The position numbers were made by a program, and so were the translations under genes. 64,000 nucleotides of DNA from Euprymna scolopes (Eukaryota), in NCBI GenBank assembly GCA_053919585.1, contig CM132794.1; one strand, 5' to 3'. The notes under the pieces are model-generated. The model was given only the letters and a program-made list of their open reading frames with translations, had not been told where the DNA came from and made no database searches. Below are positions 1 through 14,368 of the stretch, one piece after another. Position 1 is the first letter of the stretch, and the number at the start of each line of letters is the position of its first letter.

Positions 1-680
1 AGGTTAGATCATTATTTCCAGTAACATTTCTTCATGTTGATTAACCTAGTTTGGTTTGCTGCCTTTTATTCCCGAGTTTCTTTTATGTATGTGAACACTT
101 ATGCCGTGCGTTTGCCTGTGTTATTCAACCATTTGATGTCAATTCGTTCCCATGATTCTAGTTTCTGTTTTTAATAGTTGGAAAGTATGGATATTGCAAC
201 GTTTTATAAAAATCACATTATGTCAATTTTGCTCATATTCTATACGTTTGTTTTTTTGTGTCTTTTTTTCTCGATGATGGCAAGTTCTGACCTGTTTTTA
301 TTACTATTTTCACCTACATTTTCAGCTTGGATACCCTCTTCTTATTGTGCTGTGTTTACCTATTGTTATTGTCGTACTTACACAGTTTTTTGTACCATGT
401 TTATGTTATAAGTAAGATGTTTTTTGTGATCTCCTATTACTTTTATATCAATGCAGTCGTGTGTATGCATATCGTATACTACACAGTATCCACTGACTTT
501 TAAGTTCATAGCTCTGTCCACAATAGCTAGATTTTTCCTGATATTAGTTTTCTGGAATTGCATATGCTTTGTTCGCGTCCTGATTTTTTGTGGGGCTAAC
601 ATTATTAATTCCATGTTACCGAGTAGGTGTCTATTCTTAACCATGTCAATTGCACGTCATTAGTCAGACATTTACATTGA
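1..680 (-). mobile_element. Highly decayed LINE APE-endonuclease relic (tentative)
   Basis: Minus ORF 378-644 reads DRAMNLKVSGYCVVYDMHT...IKVIGD, loosely matching the APE motifs dRl...vYAPt...ivGDFN. Very degenerate. Confidence 0.3.
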
Positions 681-1169
681 TATTCCACATACACCATGAA
701 ACGTTTTAAATTTTCATGTCAGAAAATTATAAGCGAAACGGTATAATATTTTTACACAAAAGAACATCCGTAATTTTTAATTATATCCCGCCTTGTTTTT
801 TATATAGAAGTCCGGTGTATGCTTTTTTTAGTACAAAGCATTGCCCTTGGAAAAAACCCATTTTTTGTCTGCCTTTTACTAGCCGATTTATGTCAACTCT
901 GACGCGACTAATCCAAGCTATTTTATTAGTTTTTTTCTCCAAAATATTATATAATTATGGGAACATGCTTTTTTCACGTTTTTCTTCACATATGCGAATG
1001 CGTAAAGCATATTAGATATTTGTGAAAGTAAAGTGTCATGTTTTGATAGGAAATTATTATTTTATTGAAAATAATATTCAAATTCGATAGTTTTTGTGAC
1101 TATATCGAAACATTATCGGTTTAAAGTAATAAAACCTACAAAGCTTCCAAAACTGGTGTACTGCATACA

Positions 1170-1700
1170 CGAAGAAGGAAAATCGGTGCATAGCAAGGAA
1201 AGGATCGTCATCAAATACCCTCTCCCAGACAGAGACAGAATACTCTTCCTACCGCTGCAGATGAAGCATTATCAAGCAGTTCACCAAGCCTATAGACAAG
1301 GATGGTGACTGTTTCGCTAGGAATTCCCATAATTGATCAAAGACAAGTGCAACGCTGGCAACTTCAACGGTCCTTAGATGCGGCAGCTCATCAGAAATCA
1401 TTGAACGAAGTGGATTTGTTAGCGTGAAAGATATTTAATCTAGTATTGAATAACTTTCCGTTCAATTCTAAGCCCAGAAACTACGGAGAACTTGTAAAGA
1501 ACATGATTTCTGCTTTCAGAAATCTGGGCTGTAACAAAAATGTCTACATGCACTTCCTGTTTTCATAAACGAACCGGCTTCATGAGAACTTGGCTTCAAT
1601 GACTGATGTTCAGGACTAGACAAAAGATGGAAACCACGTATCGGGGTAACTAAGATGTAATGCTGATAGCTGACTCTTATTGGAATCTTAACAGTGGTCC
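1170..1700 (+). mobile_element. DNA transposase relic, Chapaev3 (CMC)-type
   Basis: Frameshifted translation ILFLPLQMK/IKQFTKA, FNGP*MRQLI, NYGELVKNMISAFRNLGCNKNVYMHFLF matches the PPLHIKLGLMKQFVKAL / FxGPQIRxL / LGCNMSxKxHxL motif series. Confidence 0.6.
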
Positions 1701-2619
1701 ACTCCACACCCGATCATTCGATAATTTCGAAGAAACGGAAGTTGAATTCATTGCATAATTCAATGTCCGTGTATTTGCCAGTACAATAACTCATCATTCA
1801 GTTTACATTATCATGTAATCAATATATGTTGTCGGCAAAAAAAGTTTGCTTTTAAAACATATGCAGATTGATAAGTGCTGAAAAAAAAACAACTTCATAA
1901 TGTCACAATAATGCAATTTATTTTTTCATAAGATCTGATTTTTTTTCGAATCATTTTACCTCAGTTGATGTAGTGATCGATGGAATTTCCTTGTTTTGCA
2001 GTATGAAATACCTTAACCTGGTCGAAGATATCTGCATAAAATTCAAAAACTAAGTAATTGTAGACTATTATTTTCTTAGTTCGTTGGTCGAGCTGCAACT
2101 TTTGTTTTCACTGAAAAAGGATCTATTATAAAAATTTCAACATGATACTGAGCTATTAAACATACATACGTTTTTTTTATTTGGAGACGTTAGTTTTGAA
2201 CTTTCCTCAATTTGTACATCTATATTTAATTTCATATTCCTATGCTATCTTAACATTTTCATCTGTAATCTGGCTCGGTTTTCAATATAGGGCACTGTAT
2301 ATTTTTTCCCTATGCTACAACATGCAATTTTCAGGGAGTATTCCGGCTATTAAGTTAGAAGAAAAAATAAGACTGATTTAGCGAGACGTCAATCTATGTA
2401 ATTTCTGGCAAATTAGTAAATCATAATTTTTGATTGACCTGACACAGACTGAATTTTTGAGAAGTATTGAAAAAATAAATATGACTCGCGAAAACATTAA
2501 TTTATAACGTGGCCTTAACGTTCGTCCTGTATTTGTTACAACTCAAATCACTATAGAATATCAACACCATCCAGAACCTTCAAGAATGAAAAAAAAATCT
2601 GAGTCGGCTTTCTTTTCTG

Positions 2620-3000
2620 TCTTAGGAAAAGGCGTTTGTTAACATTACTTTTCTTTCAATGCCTCATTATTGTTTCTATCAATCCAGGGTGTCTGCTATG
2701 AGATGATCAAACCCCCGCTATCTCTACACTTGCTTAAAATGTATCTCGCTTCCATTGCTGGACTACATGCCAATCCGTCCTCCGACCTGCGTTTTATTTT
2801 TCTGCTCCAAAAACGCTGGTTGTAGTCAAACATTTCTCGTTTTCGATTTTAAAGTCACTCGTTGACAACGGCACTTTGTCGTCTACTGACCACGTGATGC
2901 CAATTTATTTCTCTTCTTGTCACCCAAGCTCTCACTTACTTACTAGTTTGCATTTGTGTTTTTTTCGGCTACCGTTGCTAAGGTCCTTTCAGGCAAGCTA
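2620..3000 (-). mobile_element. Decayed LINE (RTE-like) ORF C-terminal relic (tentative)
   Basis: Minus strand GGACGGATTGGCATGTAGTC resembles the RTE-type WxGHVxR motif, followed by a W-I-D-like segment. Confidence 0.25.
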
Positions 3001-4807
3001 TCTTACAGCTCCTGTTGATATTTTTCCACGCGTTAAACGTACTCTGTTTCAACTTAATTACAATCACAAATCTAAGAAATCTAAGAAATATTATATCTTA
3101 AACTGGTAAATAATCGATTTTTTTATTAAACATGTACCTTAACCTTGGCCATCTTGGTCTTCTTAAAAATATGTTCCACTGAAATTGCCGAATCAAATTC
3201 ATCGAACCAATTCTATATGATAAACATTCAAATTGATTTTTCTTCTGACAAGAACTTGTAAAAACACTATCAGAGTTATTTCATTATATTTTATTTATTA
3301 AAAGAAGAAAAGGAGAGTTTTCCTAGTGTAATAATGTTTCGAAATAAATTGTAAATAAACAATGTGTAATTAGGCGTGGTGCGTTTCTCTCAATAGAAAG
3401 CATTTCGCGTTGTGCATGCAACGACAAAACCCTAAATCGGTGTGCGTTCGTATTAGTCCCTTGTGAACGATGAAACGTCGGTGTAAATGGGGAAAAGGGA
3501 AAGGAGGAATTAAATAGAGATAAAAGATTTTACAACTTCCATTGATTCTTACACGTTTTTGCAGCGACTATCACTTGAAAAAATATAGGAGTGTACGATT
3601 ATTGAGCAAGTGTGGAGGTAATAGACATGTAGCACACCTTAAATAATGGGCTGCAGTTTGTTAAAGCATGTTACAGATTCTGAATATGTTTTCTAAATTA
3701 AGTGCGTTTCAATTATTTTCCAGTTCAAACGGTCGCCTGGTGTTGATTTCTACGCGGTTTCATTTATTTCGTGGCATCTTAATGTTTATTTATTAAAAAA
3801 ACAAAAAAAAATAAACCTGAAAATCCTGAAATTCTTGTTGCTCACATTATACATAAATACTTAGTTTTAAATCGAGTCTAAATATCTTCGTTTATAATGC
3901 TGGATATATGTATATGATTATTTTTATTCGGTCTGTTGCAAATTACATCATGCACTCCATATTTATTACATTGGGCAATATTTACATTATGGGTTTGCTT
4001 TCAGCATTGCCCTCCTATCCATTTTATATAATGGTTATAATAAAATACTGGTAAAGGAAAATTTAACTTAAATATGATCATATTACTTATGTATGTTGTT
4101 TTCAACTGTCTATCTATTCTAGCTTTTCTTGTTATTATAATTACTGTTTCATCTATAGTGCAAGTAATTCTATGTCGAACTGGCATATCAATAAAAGTAA
4201 ATTTCCACGTTAGAATACGTGACACATATGTCCTATAGTGAATCTAACGATCATCTATCTACATTTATGATTTTTATATATTTCAAATATCTATACCCAG
4301 GCATTGCTTATCAACGTCCTTTATTTCATATTGTTCAGTTTTGTATGTGTACATTTTCAGGTTACTTTATAGTGTTACTTTATTAGATCTACCAGTATAA
4401 TATAATGCTTGCTGTTTCTTGAACTTGTCAAGTATATTTTTTTTTATATTATTATTCTTATGTTATCATATAAATAGTGTTTTATTATCATTGAGCGTAA
4501 ATATTTTTTTATTTGCGAGCGTCATTTATCATATCGACCGAAAATATATCTTTTTTTTATGGATACGAATATGCCCGTTCATTTCTGTCGTTTCTATAAT
4601 CCATATCGATCTACAAAGATTTACAGTAAAAATAAATGTACTAATCTGCTAAGTACAAGGATATAACGAATACCGAATACAATATTCATTTTAGTCGATT
4701 CTTTTAGAAACTTACTGGAAAAAACGTTACATTTCTTGCTAGTTTAACGATAGTAATATTTTTTCAATATTATTATATGCACGCCTTAGAAATTATCTGT
4801 AAGACAT

Positions 4808-4808
<1 letters not shown>

Positions 4809-4879
<71 letters not shown>

Positions 4880-4900
4880 AGTCATATATATATATATATG
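4809..4900. repeat. (CA)n-(TA)n compound microsatellite
   Basis: Directly visible. One of roughly 30 (TA)n tracts in the window. Confidence 0.95.
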
Positions 4901-5035
4901 TAGTCATCGACAAACAGTCCTGTTTCGTTGCATCACAACTCATTAGTGACGCTAGACAATCACCAAGCCAAAGATTGAACCGAGAACAATCGAGTTGAAA
5001 GTCAGTAGTTTACCAATCGACCCACGGAACCGGCG
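4900..5035 (-). mobile_element. tRNA-derived SINE-like element with a degenerate hammerhead ribozyme
   Basis: Minus strand: A-box TGGGTCGATTGG (5024-5013), CT-TTC-AA anticodon-like loop, B-box GGTTCAATC (4981-4973), then CTAATGA-GTTG tgatg CAAC-GAAA-CAGG..TTTG-TC (4950-4903), ending in (TA)n. Confidence 0.6.
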
Positions 5036-5349
5036 CCCGTAAATTATCAAATGTATATTTAAAGAAACATTTGTTCACCACATTTGCAGTGCTCTAAGCG
5101 CTCGTTTATANNNNNNNNNNNNNNNNNNNNNNNNNNNNNNNNNNNNNNNNNNNNNNNNNNNNNNNNNNNNNNNNNNNNNNNNNNNNNNNNNNNNNNNNNN
5201 NNNNNNNNNNNNNNNNNNNNNNNNNNNNNNNNNNNNNNNNNNNNNCTAAAATGCACAAAAACCCAGTTAGCACTAAGTTTATTGGAGTTCAAAAACGTGG
5301 ATGACTTTCCTTTAAGTAAATAGTTAAATTACTTATAAATCAAATAAAT

Positions 5350-5781
5350 AATTTCTCCCTGAAAAGAAAATACTATAGTAATATTTATTAAGGAGAGTAA
5401 ATAATAAAAAACCCGTGAAAGAAAACTTAGATAAAATAAATTCCAGTCGAAAAGCAACTCTATAGCTACTTATGATTTCAGTACGCTTTACAATAAAATT
5501 CTGCACGCAAAACACTTATAAAGAATTAAATGATGCTGTGGATTTAGCTTTTGACGGTGGTAAAGGTAAATATATATAGACTTTTTAAACTTTAAAGCGT
5601 TCTTATTTAAAAAAAAACAGCAAAACTAATATTTCGAAAGGTATATTTAAAATATTTATAAGTCATCTTATTAAAGAAAGTTATTTTCAAATAGAAAAAT
5701 AAAATATTACTCCAAATAATATGTATCCCAATGGATTGTATCCTGCACCATTTTGGGCAAATCTGTATTTCATAGACTCGA

Positions 5782-5840
<59 letters not shown>

Positions 5841-6340
5841 CACAAATAAAAATGATATATCTAAAACATATAATTTCCATTGGTGTAGGAGATTTATAGA
5901 TGGATTTGTATGCCTAAACGATAACGATGAATTCGAAAAAAAAAATAAACATCTTATATATCCAAAGGAGTTAGAATTGAATTTTGAACACCGAGGACAT
6001 CAGGTTACATTTCTGGATTTAGATAAAGGTCTTGAGGATGGGATTTTTCTTCATAAGATATTTCATAAAAGAAACTCTTTCCCCTTCTAAATAGTTTGTA
6101 TACCGCATAAAGATAGCACCTGTCTGTTTTTTTATGTTTTAGGGAACCATTATGTCGGAGATTTTGAGAATAGCTCGCTTAACTTTAAAATTAATAGACT
6201 TTATACCACCAGATTCTAGCTTGGTAATAAGGATTATAAAAAGAGTTGGTGATAAAACTAAAATATTTAAACAGTTAAATAAAGCATCGTTATTCTGATG
6301 CTTTTGAATCGTTTAAAATTAACCAGAATATATTATTAAA
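5350..6340 (+). mobile_element. Penelope-like element reverse transcriptase relic
   Basis: Motifs TYDFSTLYNKILH (5468), IPM.../PAPFWANLY, RFID, YPKELELNFEH, VTFLDLD and FHKRNSFPF are diagnostic of PLE RT. Frameshifted and interrupted by (TA)n at about 5782-5837. Confidence 0.8.
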
Positions 6341-6566
6341 GGAGCTCCAAAACTTTATTAGTAATGTATAAAATATATTTATATTTAATATATTTATATA
6401 TATATGTATATATATATATATATATATGTATATACAAATATTTGTAACCTTTATATATATTTCCTTTTCAATGGAATGTAAATATATAAATAAGTAGTCA
6501 AATCGATTAATCCTTATCTTAGAAATACAAGACTGGTAAATTAAAAAATATTTGCATTTTGAATTT

Positions 6567-6915
6567 GGGCCCTGTCGGTGGGGCATTAGAATACACCGAC
6601 TGCCCCCCTGCAGAGGGTAAAAGTCCCTCAATGGGGGGGGGGGCTGGATATGACCTTAAACTATATCCAGTGATCAGGCCCCCAGCTTGTGGGCTTTGGG
6701 GAGTGTGGAGCCACCCTTTAATTACCATTAATCCCAGGTCCACTCTGACCCAGAGTGGTATTACCTGTTATGGTTCAAACTATGGGTTAAATAGAAACCG
6801 GCTTGAAAACAACAAATATATTCTATTAAAAAAATATTCTTCAAAATCTTTGGTTTCGGCATTAAATAACCCGAAAAGGGTTGATATGCCGTAAAACAAA
6901 AACAACCAACCAACA
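6567..6915 (+). mobile_element. Full-length SINE-like retroelement with 11-bp TSD and (CAAC)n tail
   Basis: TSD ATTTTGAATTT at 6556-6566 and 6916-6926, GC-rich structured head, tail AAAACAAAAACAACCAACCAACA. A second copy lies at 28702-28981 (-). Confidence 0.85.
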
Positions 6916-7922
6916 ATTTTGAATTTTGACTCCGATGAATTTCACAGGTGAAAAATTTATTTTTTTACATGATTGAATTAGATAAAGTAATTAAGAATAT
7001 GAAACTAGATCTAATGTTTCTAACGTGCTTTTTTCCTCAGATTAAGGGAACAACACTGCTAGTAAGCCATGATGTAATGAACTGTTTTGCTTTTTTTATG
7101 CGGTGATTGCAGGTAATTTTATGATTTACTGACTTAATGGTTTTCTAACGAATGAAAATATTTTTGTATAGTTTTAAAGGCTAAAAACTTCCAAGACAAT
7201 ATATATATATATATATATATTATTATTATTATTTACACGAAACCCTGATCTATACAGTTGACCACTTGACTATATGTGTGCTTAAATGTTTGGCATAATA
7301 TGGTAGACACCTCATCCGTTAATGGACGAAAATATCTTAAACCGAAAAAAGACAAAAATTAATAAGACCTTATAACTCAGTATTTTGTGTATGAGAATAT
7401 TTTTTAATTCGCGGACTTTTCCGCGCCGGAATGCAAATAAGGAATACTATCTGCAATATCGATATTATGCGACATAAGATTCGACTAATATGTGGGAAAA
7501 CATATACTCCATGGACCGATGCTTGAACAATATATCCACGTTGTTAGATTTATTTAGTGAAAATAACTTAGCTAAGTGCCAATAAACGCATTCATTTAAA
7601 TGAGGAGGAAATGTCTATTAAACGCCAAAACATACACAATTTTAGTATCGTATAGTCGAAAAAAAACAGTTTTTTTTTTAAGAATCAAAGTAGTATATAA
7701 AACCTGTGATGAATCTGGTTGAATCTGTTTGGACGATTCGAAATTATTCGGGTTTACACAGCAATTACATATAACAAATCGTTTGTTATACATATGGAAA
7801 ATAAGGACATTTATTTAAATCAAACTCATGGAAATGAATTAAAAATAGTAAAATTTAAAAAAAAAAGATAATCCCATTGAGTAAGGGTATTATTTTTATA
7901 GAATCTGCACAGTTACATATAT

Positions 7923-7978
<56 letters not shown>

Positions 7979-9908
7979 TAAAATTGTGTGAATTGAGGTA
8001 GTGTGTTACATTCAAAAAATGTAAATATATGCACACACACAAACACACACAAACACACACAAACACAAACACCGACCCACACTCACACACCCACACACAT
8101 TGTAGTTGACATCAGCTCATAATGTTTCTATATATAATAAGTAACATCCATATATAATAACTTGTGTTTTCTTACGTAATTGATTTTAGACAACGATGTT
8201 TTTCCTTCTAGAATTTTAATATTATCAGAAAGAGAATTATTCTCTGTCATGAACATCTAAACTTTCATAATTTTATTTCATCAGTATTGTGTTGTCATTA
8301 CCTTAAAGTGCAGACAACGATACATTACAAGCATGCTGACTCACGTAACATGAAAAATTACTTTGTGTTTTGAAGAGTAAAGATCGAATTACTTATAAAT
8401 ATTTTAGGTAAGTTCGGAAGTAATGTAATTTTTGGCTACTGAACGGTAATTAAGCACCAAATAAGTAAAACGTGTATCGCTTCCTGGAAATGTATATTTA
8501 CATGAGTAAGCAGTAAATACTGAATAGAATTACTTATTATAAACCATAAAGTGACTCAATAATATCACGGTCGGAAAAGAAAAGGTTGGAGCTGTTCTGC
8601 TTATTAATTTCCGGCCAACATTTTTCATTTCATAAGTGTTTATTAATTATGTGTTTCTTTTCCATTGCCCTCTGATTTGTTTTCTTAATATTTATCAACC
8701 GAATGTGTCAGGATGACTTCCGTTCTTGTAACAGTTGATCATAATAAAACAAGCGAATCGAGAAGATTCCACGCCCCTAAATAACACAGGCCAACTTTTA
8801 TTTTCCGAGTTTAGAAAACCGCACATCTCATTAAATGACTGAGTCATATGAGTAGACAATGGCTTGACAGAAATCCAGTCCTATTCTCTGACTTGTTTTG
8901 AAGATCAAACAATAGGTTCACTGTTTTATCCCACCAAAGTAGAGCGTGTTTACGATCCGTTGAAAAGACGCGAGTAGAATTTTTTGTGTAGTAGGCCTTT
9001 CAAGCGAGGCGGGACATTCATGTCGTTATTTACGGATCCGATAGTAGGGGAAAAATAATAATATGGAGCAATCTCTAAATTCAATGAACGATGAATGTGT
9101 ACAAATGAGCTTCACTGAAATAAGTTAATTAGTACTTTGATTTTCTTTAATTTCAAATCCTTAGTTAATTAATTACCTTGTTTACAGTAATAACTGCATT
9201 AAAAATAATACCATATTTTTTCATCAATTCAGGACTAGAAAACCCACTCGATTCTATTTCGTTATAATTGTCTATATATAATCAGAAAAAAAAAAAACAA
9301 GCAGAACAAACAATGAAAAATTGCTATAATATTTCTCCGGAAAAATCTAAGTTTTTTCAAGGTCACTCGCGCTAATCCTTACATTATATAAACATCCGCG
9401 TATTTAGTTATTGTCTTCTGCCTAAAACCAAAAACTTTCCAAAGCACTAACACGCTGAAAGATCATTAAGATATATTTTTATATGAAGTAAAAAGAAAAT
9501 AAATACAAACGCTTAACATATGAATAAAGCTGTGATACATCAAGCTCCTTGGCTATCTATAAATTACACGTGACTTTTTTACTTTCAATTACCCTTCATA
9601 ATATTAAAAATGTTTTCTTTTTAAATAATAGTTACATGATTAAATATATAACAAAATATTTTACATGTGAGCATTTAACGTTTTATGACCTAATCTATAA
9701 TGTTAGCTTAAATTTGATTAGCAAAATTATCATAAAAAAGATTAACCGAATCATTAAGCAGTGATACGCTGGAAAACGTAAACCATAGAGATAACTGTTT
9801 CAAAAATGTATAATTTCCAACATGTTAAACGGCGGAATAGTAAAATCGCAGCACACGTAAGAGCTTTACATAAGAGTGTTTTTCCTAAATTACCTGAGCA
9901 TTCAATAG

Positions 9909-9982
<74 letters not shown>

Positions 9983-10202
9983 AGAGACATGGCGGGAGTA
10001 ATTAAAGGTTAAAGATGAATAGCAGAAAAGAGATTTCCCTTTAACCCGAGACCTCTTTCGCCATCCTCGTCAGATCAAAACGAGTCTTTTTGATTTTTTA
10101 AAAAAGGGGAAAAATTAAAAACATTAGATGAAAATAAATAGAACACACTAAAACTTAGAATAAAATGAGCACTTGCAAGACGGAAAAAGGGAGTAAAAAA
10201 TG

Positions 10203-10280
<78 letters not shown>

Positions 10281-10886
10281 GCATTATGGTACCTTGCTAG
10301 GAGTAACCAAAAGGCCCAATGTATTAACGAACCTCTTCTGCCGGCAGGGAAAGGGGCTGATGAGTTCGATAGAGACACCCTCCAGTATGTTCAAATGATT
10401 TCTCAATCAGTCTCTGAACCAAACTGCATCGTATATATATGACAGACCGCATTCTGGATTATCCAGTGTGTGTTGGCCAGCTGCAGAATCTTAATTATTG
10501 TGAGGAGANNNNNNNNNNNNNNNNNNNNNNNNNNNNNNNNNNNNNNNNNNNNNNNNNNNNNNNNNNNNNNNNNNNNNNNNNNNNNNNNNNNNNNNNNNNN
10601 NNNNNNNNNNNNNNNNNNNNNNNNNNNNNNNNNNNNNNNNNNNNNNNNNNNNNNNNNNNNNNNNNNNNNNNNNNNNNNNNNNNNNNNNNNNNNNNNNNNN
10701 NNNAGAGAGAGATGAATAAAATTAACACCACAAGTTATGTGTTTATCGACGTCGTTTCTTCATTTGAGACTTTCTTTTAAATACAGACAGAACTTTGATG
10801 AACACATGACTTGACATGTTCCTTCTTATATCTCAATTTGTCTCAATAATATTTCAATTATTATAATCATATATATGATATATTTG

Positions 10887-11151
10887 CCCCACTCTATATC
10901 TGTGCCTAAATCAAAACGCGGATTCCATGGACAAAGCTTCTTTCTAAGAACTGCACGCATGTGGAACTCTGTTTCATCTTCCTGCTTCGCTCCGGACGAC
11001 AACTTGGATATCTTCAAGTCCAATGTTTACAAATTCCTAATGAACCGCCCCCTTAATTAAACACTTCATCAAATCTACACACTAACGTAATTTACTTGCA
11101 ATAACCATTATCCCTGAGTGGCTTCCGGGCCTTGATAAGTGGTGATCACTG
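10887..11151 (+). mobile_element. 5'-truncated CR1-group (Crack/Daphne-like) LINE 3' end
   Basis: Encodes SFFLRTARMWNS...NLDIFKSNV plus 3' UTR. Highly similar to the reverse complement of about 34022-34288 and ends in (TA)n. Confidence 0.85.
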
Positions 11152-11153
11152 TG

Positions 11154-11219
<66 letters not shown>

Positions 11220-11549
11220 TGTAATAAAGTGTACACTTTTATTTGTTAAATTATTAAGAAATTGGTCAGTCGGAGATTATTTAAATTCACAAATATATTC
11301 TCTTATTTCGTCTTATTTTTTTTATTGTTATTATATAAAACTAATTACTGAGGTATGATCAAACGTTTTACTCAAAATTTTCCTTCGCAAATAAATAATA
11401 TAGGATTTTTTTTAAAATCAGCGCTTATTATAGTGCATACATGTTAAGTATGCGCGGGTCTCAAAAATCTCCGTGGAACATCACATTCTGGTGAAAATGA
11501 ACAAACGGTGCAGCTTTCGGCCTAAACATATGCACATTTGAGTTTTGCA

Positions 11550-12012
11550 CCAAACAAAACTTCTAATAAACAGACGCACACATAAGATTCCGGACAAATA
11601 TGGTAAAATAGTCTCCAAAATGTAGTGTTTTCATTAGCTCCTAAAAGCTCCTGGGGCACATCCACCAGGTATCGCAAAGTATGGACAAACGAAATTATAT
11701 GGAAATCAGTTAGTTACAACTTTTCAGAATGTATATAAAATTCTAAGGCATACATTCTTTTTAATAAGCACAAAAGTTTCAATTTTGGCGATTTTAATCA
11801 GAAGGGCACTCCTTGGAGGGAAACCGGAGTATTCTCGGAAAATACGTTCCGTTTCTTTCTTATGATGTTTATCATGTGTAATTTTTGTGCAAAATATAAA
11901 AAAAAAACAAGTCATAGTTATTGAGAAAAGAACGGACAGACGAGCGGACGGACAGACGAACGGACAAAGGTGAATGAACAGATCAACCCTCCGTTTGTCG
12001 GGAGACCAACAA
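11550..12012 (+). mobile_element. Helentron-associated (HINE/DINE-1-like) short element, 3' portion; 5' boundary uncertain
   Basis: (GGAC/AGAC)n microsatellite at about 11932-11966 followed by a short GC-rich terminal hairpin-like segment and CCAACAAA. Same layout as the end at 45735-45797. Confidence 0.45.
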
Positions 12013-14286
12013 ACAATGTCTACTTCTTACGTATTAATCTATACTTACTTTAATACACTCATCTCTCACCGATAGAATTCGATTGCTCGTTTATTTCTTA
12101 GTTGTGTGAAGTATTATGAAATGTTTACTTCATGTTTATCTCCTTAGCATGGCCGGAACATGTTACAACAATTATGCAACCAATTTAAAATTTCAGCGCC
12201 TAAGAGGAAACATACTCGCATGCACTAATATCGTGGCAGCTCAACCGATACGCAACATATTAACATATTTTTAAAGGGTAAATAATTCAAGTTTTGGAAT
12301 AAAAACTTATTAGAACAGAGATAAAGCTAGATAAGTAATCTCCGGGACTATGAAATACTTGGACTGACAGAATCATAATTATAATCAATTATTGCCAGTT
12401 TTCTATACTTTTTCTAATTTTAGAGTATCTGAGGTTATTCGATGCGGACTCACTTGTGAGTTTGAGTTTTTGTTTATAATATTCACAATCAATTAATGTA
12501 ATTTTCTTTAATACGCGATCGAAGTAGAGCTTTCTCTTCGCTGATTTGACATTATTCATATATAATTGCAGAGAGTGTATTTTGGTTGAATTAACTGTTT
12601 TTAAAAACTACGGAACGAAGGTCTGCGCGAAAAAGAAAAAAAATATTTTATTTGTCCTTTTTTTGTTTATTTTATAGGACAAAGCCGTAACTATTAATTT
12701 CTTATTGTCGATAACAAAGGATGCTAACTCTGATCCAAGTTGCATGTACATTTTAGATTTAAACAATAACACGCCATTTGCATTAGAAAATATAATAGAT
12801 AAAACATAGAGCAGAAGGAGCGATCAAGAATGAATTATTAGAAGAAAGTGTATGCACAATAATAAATCAGAAATTAGGGATCTATGATTGGGTGGTGATA
12901 CAATATAATGATATCTATATTAAGCTACAGAATACCAAAAGAAAGAATCGAGAAACATACTTTAAACTAATTATATTACCAATAGAATTATAAAAAAATA
13001 TTCTGAATCGAGGTGTCAGATGTGATTAAGTATCATGGTAATATAAATAATTTAAGAGGTGGCATTTTAAAGTACAACGAAAAGATTCATTATTTTTTAG
13101 AAAAAATTTAATGCATTTATTTTAATATACAACAGCCACGATGGTTCCTATGTTATTTTGTGAAAAAATGGAAATGATTTTTATTTTAAATTGGAGATTG
13201 TGCAATACAACAATCATTAAATTACTGGCTTAGTGAATCAATAACCTATTTTCCAAATAAATTGTATGCCTTAGAAGAGTTTCAATGTAAATGAATAGAT
13301 AATGCATGGGCATATAATGTTACAATCTGACATATAATTCACGTATACTTAACAATAAAATATTATTATAGGGCATGTTATATTGTGACATACATTATGT
13401 GAAGATATTTCCCTTATCTTATATTATTTCCTTATGTACAGTTTTATATTCTATACACTTTTACAATAATACTAGCAGGCCGCTCGACGTTGCCAGGTAT
13501 TTAACGTAAAGTTAATTTCTTCTTAAATGAAGACAAATGTAAGGAAATGAGACACGTGCATGCGATTATCTTATTTTTATCTTAACACTTCCTTTCTTTA
13601 AGTAAAAAAAAAAGTATTTGAGCTGAGAAGGGATCTAACACTTAAAGAAAATGAGTAAACTACAATTACAGTTAAACCAGCTCGAGATAATCATTAAAAT
13701 GTGTTTTCAAACTAACTTATAAGTAGCATAAGGAAACTATCATGTTCTATGACCGCAGAAGGGCATTCGTGAAACAGGGGAAAAACAGAGAAAAACCTGA
13801 TAACCCATCCATACAAATTTTTCAATTTGGAAAAGGGTATTCACAGAGACATTATCACATTTATATGTTAAATAATATAATTTCTACCTCAGATTAACAT
13901 ATATAATTAAAAAAATATTATCCATTTTCCCATCAGTTATTTAATTAAGGTATGAAAATAGCGTATTCAATAGCTATTTTACACTGGTAAAATATCCGCC
14001 AGACAATACATTATAAGTGTCACTGCATACAACAATTACCTGCAAATACATAAAACCTGCTATTTAAGTCAGAATTTACTATTATGCGTACTGTTATTAA
14101 AAAAGCGTAGTAATGAAATATCTATTTAAAAAATGACTATGGAAGCGAAAACTGTAAAATTAATATTAATTAAGACAATTCGACAAAATATTATTTTGAT
14201 TTCAATGTTATTATCAATAAAAAACATTTATCAAACAAAATAAACCCACAGACAAAATGCGATCATGGTAAGACTTATTTTAAAGC

Positions 14287-14368
<82 letters not shown>

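Noticed and set aside
10040-10385. HHR-like cores CTGACGA..GAAA (minus, near 10055-10073) and CTGATGAG (plus, near 10357)
   Set aside because: Stems I and II do not pair convincingly and the second lacks GAAA.
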